DNA from: Octopus sinensis
Lineage: Eukaryota
Direction of reading: 5' to 3'
Length of the DNA: 64,000 nucleotides
Assembly: GCF_006345805.1 (NCBI RefSeq)
Contig: NC_043012.1
Location: 51,832,001-51,896,000, forward strand
Position numbers and translations under genes: made by a program. Positions 25,771-39,790 of the stretch are shown one piece after another. Every line of letters starts with the position of its first letter. The first letter of the stretch is position 1. The notes below the pieces were generated by a model that saw nothing but the letters and a program-made list of their open reading frames with translations, did not search any database and had not been told where the DNA came from.

Positions 25771-26339
25771 TGTCCTAGTTCAACACTGAGGCCGATCATA
25801 CTGGTCTTTGTGCTAAAACTTGAAAGCAATATTTTTGTGATCTGATGTGCACGCATAATCATCTGTATATTAAAGCCATTATGCTGTGAGGTGGATAAGG
25901 GATAATGTTTGGATGCAGCATGCGTTCATGTGCGTGTAGGCAATCAACGTGTGAGTAGACGTGAAAAAGTTGGAAGGCATGTGCAGTTCTGTTTTCACAT
26001 GTGTGCTTTGCGTACATATGTGTGTATGCATGCTTTATATAACTGCGCAAACATACATACACACACATACATACGCATTAAAAAACATGTATAATGAATA
26101 TCATTATTATTATTATCACCATCAATAGCATTTTCTGATGTTGACATATATCTCTAAACGGTCTGTGTAAGCATTTTGGGTGGAACATAATGAAACCGCA
26201 GTAAGGAGAATTAAGAAAGGATGCATATCTGGTGTGGCTCATCTTGTCATCCTGCTTCCCATTCACTTATATACTTGCAAAGTGGTAGCATGCATCGTGT
26301 ACACAGGGAGATATATACATTAAATTTGTAAGTGTTAAC

Positions 26340-29300
26340 TTTTATCGTAACGGTAATTCGGACCCCCTAGTGCTTGCGGCCTATCTTGCAGTTCTCCATT
26401 TATAATCATATTCTGCAGTCTATGACTCAATATTATTTGAGTATGACCAAGCCATCGAAGCTTGGGATATAACACAATAGCTTGAAAACTCCTGGGCCAT
26501 ATCCGATCAAATATATGCATAATATTTCTATGAGGTCTGAATATGGTCAAAGTTCCAAATACTTTATGCCTCTTCGATGATGCAGCGAAACTCGTGCTTA
26601 TACAAGACTGTTTGGGAGACAACTTGTTGATAAATAATCAAGTATACCCTCCTCACCTGAAAAAAATATGGTTTACTTTTGAACAGGATGATCATGGATT
26701 TGAATTTAAACATGAAGGTGTTTACCTTCAATGCGAAGAATCTGCTAAAACACTTTTTCAATATTAATTTCTTGATATAAACATGAATAAATATTATGAA
26801 ATATATAAAAATATGACCTGCAGCTCTTCGTGAGTGTGCTTTATAAGGATTCTGTTATTAATACGTTGATATTCGTACGGAGAGACATTTAGTTTGGAAT
26901 TGATCGGATCTCCCAATGTTGTATATAATTCCATCATAAAATACTAAAGAAGAAATCTACGACAGATATTTGGAATTTATTCTGCGCAGCTACAACATAG
27001 GAGCGAAAACACCACTCATCCTATTTTGAGAGCTTCCTATTGTTAACAATGGTCAACGCCCTCAGCAGTAGTGAATCTGCCTTGTCATATATTTATGAAG
27101 AGGTTTAAGGGAGCTTAAAAAATGAAGCGGGTATTCGAAGTACATTCCACAATGTATCGCGCAAAATAGGACACTTACAAAAACCTACGTATGTACTGAG
27201 AGTGTCATCGTTCTTAGTAATGTGAAAAATAAGAGTTGTAAACCAACTATTGTCACGATACCTGTGAGATGGATGATCGACTTAAATCCGCCTTTGAGCA
27301 CAGAACATACAGCATAATGGGTCATAATGAAACATCATAAACTATGCTGATCTCTCCCCTGGTAATTTTGATGCATACGACTTTGACCACAAACTATAAA
27401 AAGAAGTGGTTCTGTTTTATCTGGATATTGTACGAAGCGAACATCATTGAGAAGAGCAAAAGTAAAATATTTTATTGCTTTAAATTTCACTCATCTCAGA
27501 TTATTAGATTACACTACTCATTTCTTCACAGATAAGCAGTGAATTCTGCATCTTTGTAGTTTCGAGTTCAATTCTACTGCATGACACCTCAGTATCTTCT
27601 TCCTAATCCTCAATCGACCAAATCCGACTGTGCATCACTTGTTAGACAGTTTCAGGATTTGAACTTAAAATGCAACAGGAAGTACTAGGGCAACGCAAGA
27701 TTTACTGACGCGCTAGCAAGTCTACCAGTTCACAGCCTTTAATTTTCTTTCTGAGGGACAATTTACTTTTAGTAGTCACTTTCTATAATGGTACATTTTA
27801 GGTCAAGGAGAACATTTCCGATAAGAATTATATAATTTTTATCAAGTATTGTAAAAATCTGAAACAGTTGAAGCCAGTGATATACTTTTTGACATTGTTA
27901 CACGATCTTCTATTAATAGGAACTATATCTTATTGAAACATTCTTACCATTTTAAATTTGAAAGAACGCATTGTTTAATGTATTTCTGAATATCTTACTA
28001 TTTAAGACAAGATCCCACTTGACATATGTCGCTTCCATTTGATCAAAAATTCAATTTCTGTATGCTGTAGGCGATATCAAACTTATTGCTTCAGATTCCA
28101 TCATCACCAGAGCAGGTATTTGTCTATTTGCCTTATGAATTATTTCTGTAAATCAAAGTTATGTATGCCTTATATTACGTCGGTGAAATCCTATTGACTG
28201 TGAACTTAATTGTTGGATAAGCCTTTAAGGTAATTTCCGTAGGCACTTTGTTGATATTTATATTCTGTCTCATTACAATATTGCTATTTCTATCTGAGAA
28301 AGACCTTAATATAAGATATGCAATTAAAAAGAAACAGATATTCTCTTTCATTAGACTGGTTCTCAACCTAGTCCCCCCTCCACTTGTGATACATCGATCC
28401 AACGAATGTTTCCTAGTTTCGAAATGCATGGAGCAACCCGTTTTCAAGTATAGTACACGATTCTCAAAACGCATATTCATCAACACTTGAGGAAGGTGGA
28501 TATTTTAGTGAAAAATAAAAGTCCGAAGTGGTTAAATCTGGAGGACGGAGAGATTTTGTGAAGAACGGCTACTGATGTTTTACTTTGCTAAAAAAGTTAT
28601 CTGATGCGTTATCAAGGTGTAGCATCCATTATTTGCATATGTAGATTTCAGTCCTCTTCCATCTCTCATGACTGTTCCAAACGCTTCAGATTATTCAAGT
28701 CAAAGTCTTTATTAATCATTTGCTCACATGTAACAAATTTCTGCTGCAGGGTACCTTTCCAGCAAAAGGACATGACCTACTTCCGTAACCTACAAATGTG
28801 AGGCTTTCAGATATTTTTTTTTTCTTGTGACTCTTTGACGATGATTCAGCATATTGGAGCGGTTGTGTTTCGGTTTCGATATCATAGTCCCACATGAACA
28901 TTTTGTCATAGCTCTTTTCCGAAAATTTTAATCTTTCGAACGATAAGTCATACACATCGTGACCGACGTTTTGTTCGTCTCTACAAAAAGGGTCAGCACA
29001 AATTTCATGGCATCTTGGCACATCTTCAATATTTCTTTTGAAATCATTGTGACATGGACATCTACCGATATCTACCATTGCAGAAGCTTCACATGAGTCA
29101 GGCATTTTTTTCCCTTCACAGCAAGCATATTCGCCATTTGACAGTGTTCCCTTATTATGGAAATCGCTTGCATTTCATATAGATTCAATTGCATATTATT
29201 CCAAACTCACAAAGCCATTACTCCCTATGATGTTAGGAATTGCTCAAACACACCTATGTATAACACTGTCGCAACATAAGAAAGCTCGGCAAAATGCTTC

Positions 29301-29650
29301 TCATAATTTGAAGTAGAATTTTACATAAATCACTGCTGTTCAAATCAACTATTTAGCTTTTGACAAATTAGATATTGCACTACATGAGCTTTCTATTTAG
29401 CAATTCGCCGAATATCTGATGTGGTGTGATATAGTTAATACTAGACTGAGCGTCAGTTTAGCTCATATGCACCATGGTTTGAACCGAATCATATTTGCGA
29501 ATTACTGTTAAAATTTTCCAATAGTAGTTAATCTTACTGTAACAAATTTTATTGAGGAATTCGAAAACAGAAACACCTCTATTGCTGTCACCAGTTGGCA
29601 ATAGAGGTAGAATCATTCTGTTCCCATTTGCATTGTCTTTGTATCCCAGC
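26340..29650 (-). pseudogene. Near full-length, heavily decayed RTE (BovB-like) LINE, endonuclease plus RT ORF
   Basis: Motifs appear in the expected order on the minus strand across shifting frames: QW*ISVDVHVT and KRNIEDV..CAD (endonuclease C-terminal HWHLIDY..RRDI.DV..GAD, ~29070-28990), VNRISPT and IPALVMME (linker, ~28200-28090), NYQG (~27365), RDTLWNVL (~27160), GVFAPML (~27015), GIIYNIGRSD (~26930), and KLRWLGH..INGELQ..GGPNYRY (~26465-26345). The 5' boundary is uncertain. Confidence 0.65.
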
Positions 29651-32529
29651 ACTTTATTTGACTGACCTATTCTAAATCATTTTTCTTGGCTATTCTTTTC
29701 TATTTTAAATAGCCCGAGATAGAATGTATGTTTGCTAATTACATAACTAATCTCAATAAATCGAATTTCCTTCAGCGAACTATATTATTTACGTGTGACT
29801 CTGCTGTATATATAATCCTAGATGCATTGTTGGTGAAAAATAACGGGTAGCTATGCCATTAATCTATCACAATAATAAAACTGTAGCCAATGTTTTTGTT
29901 AGAAAAGTTCATTTCCATTACACGAAAAGAAGTGATCATTATATTATTAAAACCCTTAATATCTTTCCACTACTGACTTTCAATATTCTTAATTAACATA
30001 AAATGAAAGAAATTTGTTTGCAATTAGTGATTTCATTTATATTGTTGTTGCATTTCATTCAACCAATAACAATTGACTTATTGTTTAACAATAACGGATC
30101 ATTCATTCGCTAATAATACAAATAATTAATATATTTCGAATTCTACAAAGCTATTAGAAAGTTGTTCTAATATCATTTTACAAATATTTAGCAATGTTGC
30201 TTTCTTTTATCTAATATATTGTAAATCCATTACTACGATATCTTTGTATTATTTTGACAGCACATTGTAATATTCCATAGTTGATCCTAGAGAGAAGATT
30301 ATTTTCCATTACGGAAAACATTATTAGGTGGTCCCGGTGGAGAAGGAGAGTCATGTAAAAGTAAAATAAAATAATAATCAACAGCAATATTTCTTCTTGT
30401 ATCTTTGAAGCGTATAAGCTAATTGGATCAATTTGATTAACTACTACGATCCAAATTCATCGTTGAATAGGTCCCAAGAGAGTTGTATATGACATAACTA
30501 TGTATTTATTGCTCTATCCGCCATACATTGAGATACAAGTTTATCTAAATTCAGTTCCATAAGAATAATAATTAATAGTTTTGCGACTGTTTATCAATTT
30601 ATTCATTTATTCATTTATCTATCTTTACAATTCACTTCAAAGTAAATGCTGTAGGATGAATAAATGAGAGATGCAGGGTAGGAAGATGAATTGAACACAA
30701 ATTGGAAACAGTTCTTCTTCGGGGAGAAATAGAATGAATTGCATTAAAGTAATTGTGCTGAATTTATGCGTTTGTTTGACTGCCTTGCATGATATAGATG
30801 CCTTGGCTGCTTTACTTATTGACCCATGGTCTCTAATCATGCATCCTTTGACCCGATAAAATTAACTTCTTTTTAATCTTTCATTTAATGCATTCCGACA
30901 AAATGCTATTGCCCAACCAGGGTTCGTTAAAGAATCTAAATCGAAAATTTTTTTAATGCTAATTTCATTAGAGCAGCAACAACCGAATCATGATGTCAAT
31001 GTTTAGTGACTCCTACCAGGAGCAACGAAATAATTAAAAGCCTTTAATAACAACAATAACCTCATCTCCTAAATCCTTCAATTAAACAGTGCTACACAAC
31101 ATTCAACATGAAAAACAATAAAGAGTAAGTACTTCAGCTAAAGCAGAAAGCATTACAGCATCCACAAATAGCATCCCAGGCATTACATTTATTACTTCCA
31201 TCGGTAACCACACCCAGAGTACTTGTTTTCTAAAAAAATATCAATAATAATCATCATCAACCCCAAAAGCAGATTAAACTATTAGTATCAGCAACAACAT
31301 TGACAGCAATACCGCAAGTATTCTCTTTGCCATGGATTAACATCTCTATTATCAATAGTGACGTCTTTCCTCGAAAATATTCAAAGCATCCTTTTCGTTC
31401 TCATCTTTATCTTCGCTTTGACCTTTAATGCACTCATCGACAATATCTCCAACATCACCACAGACATTGATAGACTTGTACCAGTGCATCCAACTATCAA
31501 ATTGAAATCTAAACCATTCCTTCAACGTGAGGTTGTCTTCTTTTCCTGAAGAGCAATCAAAACCTAACGCATGTCACGTTTTCATGTAGAAGTGATTAAT
31601 TTCTTTCAAAAATTACCAACCACAAGTTAGTGTTTGTAATTTTAAACACCAGTGTACGGACTGTAAATCTTCAAATAGCATTATCATGAAGATTGTTCTC
31701 GGTTTTTGCAGTAGTTGTGAATAACATAAATTGAAATTTTTTAATTCATATCCTTAACTCCCAAATTATTCCGTTGCTTTTGATTTATTAAATCCAGTAT
31801 TTGTTCGTTTCCTCACTACATTGTACAAGTAACATAATTATTAACTTTTGCTAATTAATATTCAGATACATTCTAGCAAGTTACAATTCTAACTTTCAGA
31901 CTTAAAATTAAAAGACGCAAAATGCAGGCAGGATATTTTCCTCAAGTAAATTCATGTTGATGTATGTGCAGCTACTATTTGCTCCAATATGTAATATTTT
32001 GAAAGAACATTTCCAATGCAGACAATATTATTACAGACAAAAGAATCTTATGCAAATGAAAATCAGATTCGAGACTCGAAGATTTATGCAATGCAATGTC
32101 TGGCTATCCCAATGTGCATTCAAATTTTATAGTGAATATGAAATAGTTCATTTTAAGAATCCACGTGCCACAAAGAAAAAATCTACATGGTCAATCGATA
32201 TACTAGAAATAGTAACTCAATCTATGTCGAATCATATCTATCTGCCTTATAAAAATATTGACGTTATGATCCTGCAAGCACTCTGTCTGAAAAACAATGA
32301 AAAATAGGCGGTGTAGGCACGGTAGGAAAAATGTACAAGGATAGGTCTACTTAATCAGTACCCTGAAAGCACTGTACCTGAAAAACAATAAAATAAAATT
32401 GACATAAGCACGGCAGGAATGATCTATAAGTATACGCTTACTGTCTCAGAACTGATCGTTGATCAAAATGAATTTTAATGAGTAAAATGTTGTTCGGTAG
32501 AGAATACTTACGGGAGATCAAGTGGTATA

Positions 32530-32582
32530 AATATATATATATATGTGTGTGTGTATGTGTGTGTGTGTATGTGTGTGTGTGC

Positions 32583-32615
<33 letters not shown>
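32530..32615. repeat. (TA)n-(TG)n microsatellite
   Basis: Directly visible. Confidence 0.95.
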
Positions 32616-32617
<2 letters not shown>

Positions 32618-33196
32618 ATTTTAATGCGTATATCGTAAATTGGTGTACTAATTCAGAATATCTGAAGATACAGTAGTCAGATCTACACAGACTTGGTCTA
32701 CATCAGAATACGAATAAGTTCTATTGAAACTATAATTATATCAGCTATGTTATTGTATCCGTTGTGCAATTTTTTCTGTCACTTGTTTATCATCATTATA
32801 ATTATTAATAAGGCCGCGATCTGGCATAATTGTTAGCACACTGTAAGAAATTCTTAGAATATATGATTGTGTAGACATTGGAGTGTATGCGTAATTACTT
32901 AATTTATGTACTTACTATTTTGTTCCATTTCTATTTTATAATTTGTAAACTTTCCGACATTGACCTCGTTTGTGTTTCGCACATGTTTTACTCAAACCTC
33001 ATACATCGGAGAAACTGTGCTTTCTATGGCATTAAAATTTCGTTTTTTTAATTATTATTATTATTTTCATTAAAAGATCGTTTCCATCAAGTTTTCCACA
33101 GGTTCCTTTATCTAATTCCATCGATGTTATTGGATAAGATTTGTTTTTGAATGGGGGTCCCGGTGTAGTACATCCATGTTGTCATTCAGGGCGGCG

Positions 33197-33209
33197 CTTC
33201 TTCTTCTTC

Positions 33210-33241
<32 letters not shown>

Positions 33242-33287
33242 CTTCTTCTTCTTCTTCTTCTTCTTCTTCTTCTTCTTCTTCTTCTTC

Positions 33288-33381
<94 letters not shown>
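33197..33381. repeat. Compound trinucleotide microsatellite (TTC)n-(TTA)n-(GTA)n
   Basis: Directly visible; it produces the poly-L/V and poly-I/E ORFs in the track. Confidence 0.97.
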
Positions 33382-33390
33382 TCATGTTGG

Positions 33391-33762
33391 GGTTCTGAGT
33401 TCAAATTCTGCTGCGTTCAACTTTGCTTTTCATCCTTTCCACGTCGAAAAAGTAAGTACCAGTCTAATACCGGGATCGATGTAATCGATTTCCCACCCCT
33501 CCAAAAACTACTGGTTCTGTGCCAAAATTTGAAACTATTACATACCGACGTTTAAGCGTCGAACTGCCATAATCGTTAGCACAGCGGACAAAATTCTTAG
33601 CAGCGTTTTCTCTATAATTACGCTGTGTTCAAATTCGACGAGATCATCTTTGCCTTGTAACCTATCGGGGTCGATAAATAAAAAACAGTCAATCACTAGG
33701 GTAGGTGTAAATGACTAGCCCCTTCTACTAATATTACTGGCCTTGTACACAAATTTGAAGTC
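33391..33762 (+). mobile_element. Two decayed SINE family A copies in tandem (33391-33538 and 33553-33762)
   Basis: TTCTGAGTTCAAATTC..CTTTGCTTTTCATCCTTT..AAGTACCAG..GATCGATGTAATCGA core; the second copy has CGTTAGCAC..TCGGGGTCGATAAA. Confidence 0.7.
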
Positions 33763-34527
33763 ATATATTTTATTTATTCAAAATCATTATTTAAACGTCT
33801 TCTTCATTCAACAAATTTATGTCTTATCGTTTGCATATGTGGGGATGTGCATATATATCATATTAGAAAATTTCGAAATTTGAAGGGATGTCATAACTGA
33901 AATTAATAATTACTATTTAATCAAATTTCTGTCTCGTATTATATATGAAATATTGACCTAAGTAATTGTGTATAAAACCGTATATACAAAGACTCCAAGT
34001 TCGAGTAGCATCAAATCTAATTTCGAGTGGCATCAAAATTAAGTTTGGAGATAATAGGAGTTCATATAGTTAGTTACAAGAATGAAATCTTATTCTGACA
34101 TAGATGTCTAGCATAAATAAAAGCAAATAATGCATGTTTTGATGGATTATATCTTCAGAAGAATGATGTATGTAAGAATCTGTGGAGAACCTGTAACATA
34201 TCTTGCTCTATTTAGATTCATCTCTACATTTTAAGATGAAATGCCAAAGGAATAGTTTACCGTTCATGCGTCTGCAGCAACGATAGGAGCTAACAGTCAT
34301 GATTTAGTGTTGCATGAGCATTTAGTGTGTTAAAGCTGAAACATTTAGTGTTTGCTATATCACATCGTACATATACTGCTTTAGTACAAGTGAAGATGAT
34401 AAAAGGTAATATGAATACTGATCAGGAGGTAATACTTTGTTCTATAACCCTCCAGCGTCCTTTGAATTAGAAGTCAATAGATGGGGTAGCAGTCAAACAA
34501 TAGTTACTACTCATGCAGATTTAACAC

Positions 34528-34563
<36 letters not shown>

Positions 34564-34866
34564 CAGTGCTTTCTCCAATGAACAGTCACTCATAAATTAG
34601 TGCGTTACGGGATGAAATTACCAGCATGTTCTAGCGTTTTCCTTAAGTTTAAGAATAACCGTGTGTGACAATGTGAGTGACATGGTTGGTCATTTCCACT
34701 TACAGATCCAGTTTATTCGACTAATTCCCATAGTTTCAGTCTACGCATTTTAAATCACAAGGCTTGCATCTACTTCGTACTCTGTTCAAACATGAGTGCA
34801 ATATGCCTATAGTGCCATATAAACAGTGTTCTTGTGATTAGGAAGTGATCTTCTCGACTGTTATAT

Positions 34867-34867
<1 letters not shown>

Positions 34868-34923
<56 letters not shown>

Positions 34924-34927
34924 AATA

Positions 34928-34963
<36 letters not shown>

Positions 34964-35108
34964 TGTGTGTATGTATGTGTGTATGTATGTATATATGTAT
35001 GTATGTATGTATGTATGATGTATGTATGTATGTATGTATGTATGTATGTATGTATGTATGTATGTATGTATGTATGAATGTATGTATGTATGCATGTATG
35101 TATGTATG
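34868..35108. repeat. (TA)n plus (TATG)n microsatellite
   Basis: Directly visible. Confidence 0.95.
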
Positions 35109-35242
35109 CAAAACATCCAGAGAGATGATACAAAGAAAACGAGGAGGTGTCATTCGAAGTTTTCTACCCTCAGTGGAGTTCCAGACTATCTTTGCTATGT
35201 CGGCTGCTGATACTCGGCGGTATACCCAGCATTCTATTTCCT

Positions 35243-35289
<47 letters not shown>

Positions 35290-35836
35290 ATATATATATA
35301 TATAATATATATATATATATATAAAATATATATATATATATATTATATATGTGTGTGTTGTGTGTATATACAGAAATAGAATCCTGGGTATACTCTTCGG
35401 GCACTCAGTTATAATCCAGATTATGTCGAATCACAATGAGCGGTAAGGAAGTACTAGGATTACTTTGAGGTAAGCAGTTACAGTGTATTTCATCGTATGT
35501 GTAAATTCTGGATTAGCTTCGCTGTATTATAAATATTTTACCGGTTGTATAATCAAGAATAATTCAACGAAGGTGTAGATGAGCACATCTGCATATTCTC
35601 TATTTCTACTGTCAATTATACATTATATTTAATATAAATGTTGTATATATTTGCATCTGCACCCAGTTACTTCAACTGGGTATTTGTTTGTGCAATTTCG
35701 TACATTGTCCATCCACTAAGTCTATGTACGTGTACCATACATTATATTGAGTGAGTGTTTGTTGTTTTTGAGTGCAAAGAATGTGTAATTTCGTCGTCCT
35801 ATATGTATGTATTGCATCATTTTCAAATATATAGTT

Positions 35837-36138
35837 TTATTTATTTATTTATGCGCCCTTTTCAAGCCTAGCCTGACTCATGGGCCCGGTTTCCCGGTTT
35901 CTCGGTTTCTCTGGCGTATGTGTTCCTCTTGCTGGACGGGACGCCAGTCCATCGCAGCGTTACTCAAGATACAGGAAGAGAGAGAGTGAGAGAACGTTGT
36001 GGCGAAAGAGTACAACAGAGATGGACGCCACCCCCTACCGGAGCTCAATAAACATACACAATGCCCGGTCTGGGAATCGAAACCGCGATCCTCCGACCGC
36101 GAGTCTGCTGCCGTAACCACTGGGCCATTGCACCTCCA
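35837..36138 (-). mobile_element. Full-length tRNA-derived SINE family C
   Basis: Minus-strand head GGAGGTGCAATGGCCCAGTGGTTACGGCAGCAGACTCGCGGTCGGAGGATCGCGGTTTCGATTCCC (A and B boxes), body GCGATGGACTGGCGTCCCGTCCAG, and (TAAA)n tail. Confidence 0.92.
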
Positions 36139-37199
36139 TATAGATTTACCTATGGAGAATACTGATTACTACTTGACAGACATGCAATCCAGATTTTACT
36201 CTAATATTTATCATGTAAACTGAAGTACCTTCTATTTCCATGGTTATTGCTTAAAACCCTTTCTGTGGAAGTATTCGAATGTACATCGGTAAAGTTGAGG
36301 ACACGTAAGTTCTTGTTCTTCCTCCTATATAGCAATTAATATTTAGACGAGAAAATATGGAATATTTCAAATATCTCTGCTATGGATTAATTACATCCCC
36401 ACCCCGATTGCATAAGTTACTGCTACGCCTATTATTTCTAATTCTATATTAAAGTTAATGATTATCTCTTTAAGAGACCAGATAAACACACAATGCATTA
36501 AAGCTCATGCTATGCATTTTTTTCTTTATTCTTAAATGAAGCTAAATGATTTAAATGATTTGCCAGTCTCGCCTTGAAATTTGTCGAGATGCTCCAATAT
36601 GAAAGTACGAAATTCCACCCGTACTCTGTATTTTTCCTACTGACATTGAATGTTTAGTGGAAAATTTTATTCCCCCTACAACTACAAAGATTTTTATCCA
36701 TACTAACCCTGTTTCTCTATTTACAGATCTATATGAGTTTACATTTCGGCTGTAGTTTCGAGTTTTGGTGTTATTTTGTCAAGCGTTTACTGTTTCAGGT
36801 CGAGGTGGCTTAGGAATTCTAACGGTTGTCTAACGGAATTCTAACTGCCTGCCTCTATTTTTGTGTGCATTTCTCTGTCGTTGTCTGTAAGTGCTGTATT
36901 CAAAATCTCCTCATAAATACATTCTCTGTGCTCATACGCTTGTATCTAATGACAATAGTACTTTTTCTTTACAAAAATACTACATTATTGTATTCCTGCT
37001 TCCTATACTCATTGTTAAATTGGATATTATACACTAGTAACCGGATTATTTTCCCACATAGACTTTCTTCCCTATCTTGTAAACGGTCCGAGGCACAGAT
37101 CACAGATACGTTTCTTTTTTCCCCTCAAATGCATTTCTTTCACATCTATTACGACTTTTATTTATTTATTTATCTACTATATTTTACTCTCTTCTACCC

Positions 37200-37631
37200 T
37201 TTTACTTGTTTCAGTCATTTGACTGCGGCCATGCTGGAGCACCGCCTTTAGTCGAGCAAATCGACCCCAGGACTTATTCTTTGTAAGCGTAGTACCTATT
37301 CTATCGGATTATTTTGCCGAACTGCTAAGTTACGGGGATGTAAACACACCATCATTGGTTGTCAAGCGATGTTGGGGGACAAACAGAGACACACATAAAT
37401 ACATACACACAAACACACACACACTCACACACACACTCACACACACATACATAAATATACATATATACGACGAACTTCTTTCAGTTTCTGTCTACCAAAT
37501 CAACTCACAAGGCTTTGGTCAGCCCGAGGCTATAGGAGAAGACACTTGCCCAAGATGCCACGCAGTGGGACTGAACCCAGAACCATGTGGTTGGTGAGCA
37601 AGCTACTTACTACACAGCCACTCCTACGCCT
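37200..37631 (-). mobile_element. Full-length SINE family B
   Basis: Reverse complement is colinear with 7329-7745. Confidence 0.92.
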
Positions 37632-39486
37632 ATTTATGTATTTTGGTTCTTCAGATCTGGTGTAAATATTTATATTAGAATCGGTTAGTGGTTATGAAAT
37701 ACAGTATGCCGGGTGCGCAAGCGATAGAAAATTATTGGTTTCGTATCCCATCAATAAAATCGTATTCTGTTTAGGTATCAAAATAATTCCCGAATTGCTG
37801 AGTCTCTTTAGTTGTAAATACATACAATATAGTGTAGATACAGTTCTCTCCATGCTATAACTATGGTAAACATTGAATGACTAAAGTATATGTTTTCGAT
37901 GCAAATTTTCGTTGTCAACATTGAATAACAAAACTGTTTTCTTTGTTTATTCACTACATAGTTCCAAGTAGTTAGTTCGTCTGAAATCCTTTGATTCGTT
38001 GCAAGCCAAGATTAGCGAGTAGTCTGGATATATTAAATTGTTCTACATGAAAAAATAAAATATTAAAATGGTGATATTTGGTCATAGTACAATATATGAT
38101 ATTATAGTTGTCCATGATTCAACTAAACTCTTCTCTATCAAGCTCGTAATGGAAATGTGCAGCAGAAGCGATATGTTACATGATTAATGCTAATGTATAA
38201 TGATATTGAGTGAATGATATATTTTTGGTGGCTGAAAGTGAACAGCGTAAAAAAACACATGTAAGCAATGGAATCCTCATACCAATTGATATATTACAAA
38301 GCTAAAGTGTTTAAATTTGTGAGAGTTTCCTTGAAGGAAAAAAAGAATGAGAAGTGGATGTGGATATAAAAAGTCATATAGGGAAAGTAGAAAGTAGCAC
38401 AATATCGAATAATGAATTTAGTATTATGGATATCAATGTATCTGGAGAAATATACGTGAAGTGACTTAAAATAAGGAAGGTAAATTTTAAAATGTAAATC
38501 ATGTATTTTGGGAAATAAACCCGCCTACAAAAGGAAAGTGATAATTAAAAGAAGGGACACACAATACAATACATATATTATCAGAAAAAGAAAAACATAA
38601 TGGAAAGGAATGAAAATGTTGTAAAGCTGTAGTTAAGAATGAAATTATCAATCGTGCTTTGATTGTGGCATTCCAAATGAAATATACATATAGCCAGCAA
38701 AAAAGCCATTCAAAAGAATAGCAATAACAATACAAGCAAGGAAAAAGACCCCCACCTCACTTGAAAACAAAGCAGTAGGATTAAAAACAAGGAATGGCAT
38801 GTGTCGATGCAAATAGAGATATATTAGTTGCTTAAAAGAAAATAAAAAAATATGGTTTCTTTGCAGAGGAAATACATGTTGTGTATAGCTAAAGAATATT
38901 CAGTGAAGAGAATGAGGTAAGTGAAAACTAGCAGCGAAAGAATGCAGACGATAAAAGAATGACACATAACAAAGAAAATTAACCAATCCAAATGATAGAG
39001 AATAAATCACAGAATATTGAAAAAAAAAAAGAAAAAGAAACTCGTTTACAAACTGGCTAACGTGTAAGAAGTGATCATCTCTCGGTGTACGTTCATATGT
39101 GCCTGAAACACCTCAAAGGTGTATATGAGTATATACATATATTATATACTAATCTTATTTTATATATCTTTTATATACATACCAATGTATATGTGTGTGT
39201 GATAGGGAGAGAATTATCACAAGCCTGTACGTGTATTAAACAATTAAACGTATACATATGTATTTCTATTATATGTGCGTTATTGTTACTCCAATATATG
39301 AATTATGCATTAGCTCATAGATAGATATACATTCTTAGCTGCATGTATGTCACATACAGAAACGTTTGTGTTACAAATTTGCAGTACCGATGGAATATGT
39401 TTTGCTTCCAAAAATGTTGAAATTAATTGTGCAAGAATTTAGCAATATTTCTTCCCCGCCTTTGACGCACTCTCTCGTTTTCTCTC

Positions 39487-39532
<46 letters not shown>

Positions 39533-39535
39533 GAT

Positions 39536-39587
<52 letters not shown>

Positions 39588-39589
39588 TT

Positions 39590-39790
39590 CTTTTATTCTT
39601 TCATTCTTTTATTTGTTTCAGTTCTTTGACTGTGGTCATGCTGGAGCCCCACCTTACGTCGTCGAACAAATCGCCCCCAGGACATATTCTTTGTAAGCTT
39701 AGTACTTACTCTATCGGTCTGTTTTGCCGAACCGCTACGCACCAACATCGGTTGTGAAGCGATGGGGTAGGGACAAACACACACAAGCAA
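39590..39790 (-). mobile_element. SINE family B 3' half
   Basis: TTGTTTCAGTTCTTTGACTGTGGTCATGCTGGAGC..GACAAACAC. Confidence 0.85.

Noticed and set aside
28175-28486. ORF with an SGGGTR motif resembling some transposon-associated proteins
   Set aside because: The motif coincides with a hAT-end-like GTTGAGAACCA sequence and lies inside the RTE remnant.
28716-29105. 129-aa Cys-rich ORF that looked like a novel CxC or zinc-binding protein
   Set aside because: It is better explained as the decayed RTE endonuclease C-terminus (KRNIEDV..CAD, with QW*ISVDV in the neighbouring frame) inside the 26340-29650 fossil.
30637-31550. Minus-strand peptide-like frames (KEWFRFQFDSWMHWY.., signal-peptide-like MAKRILAVLLSMLLLILIV*, LTNPGWAIAFC)
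   Set aside because: The frames are short and stop-interrupted, lie antisense to degenerate AAC/ATC-rich sequence, and match no family I recognise.
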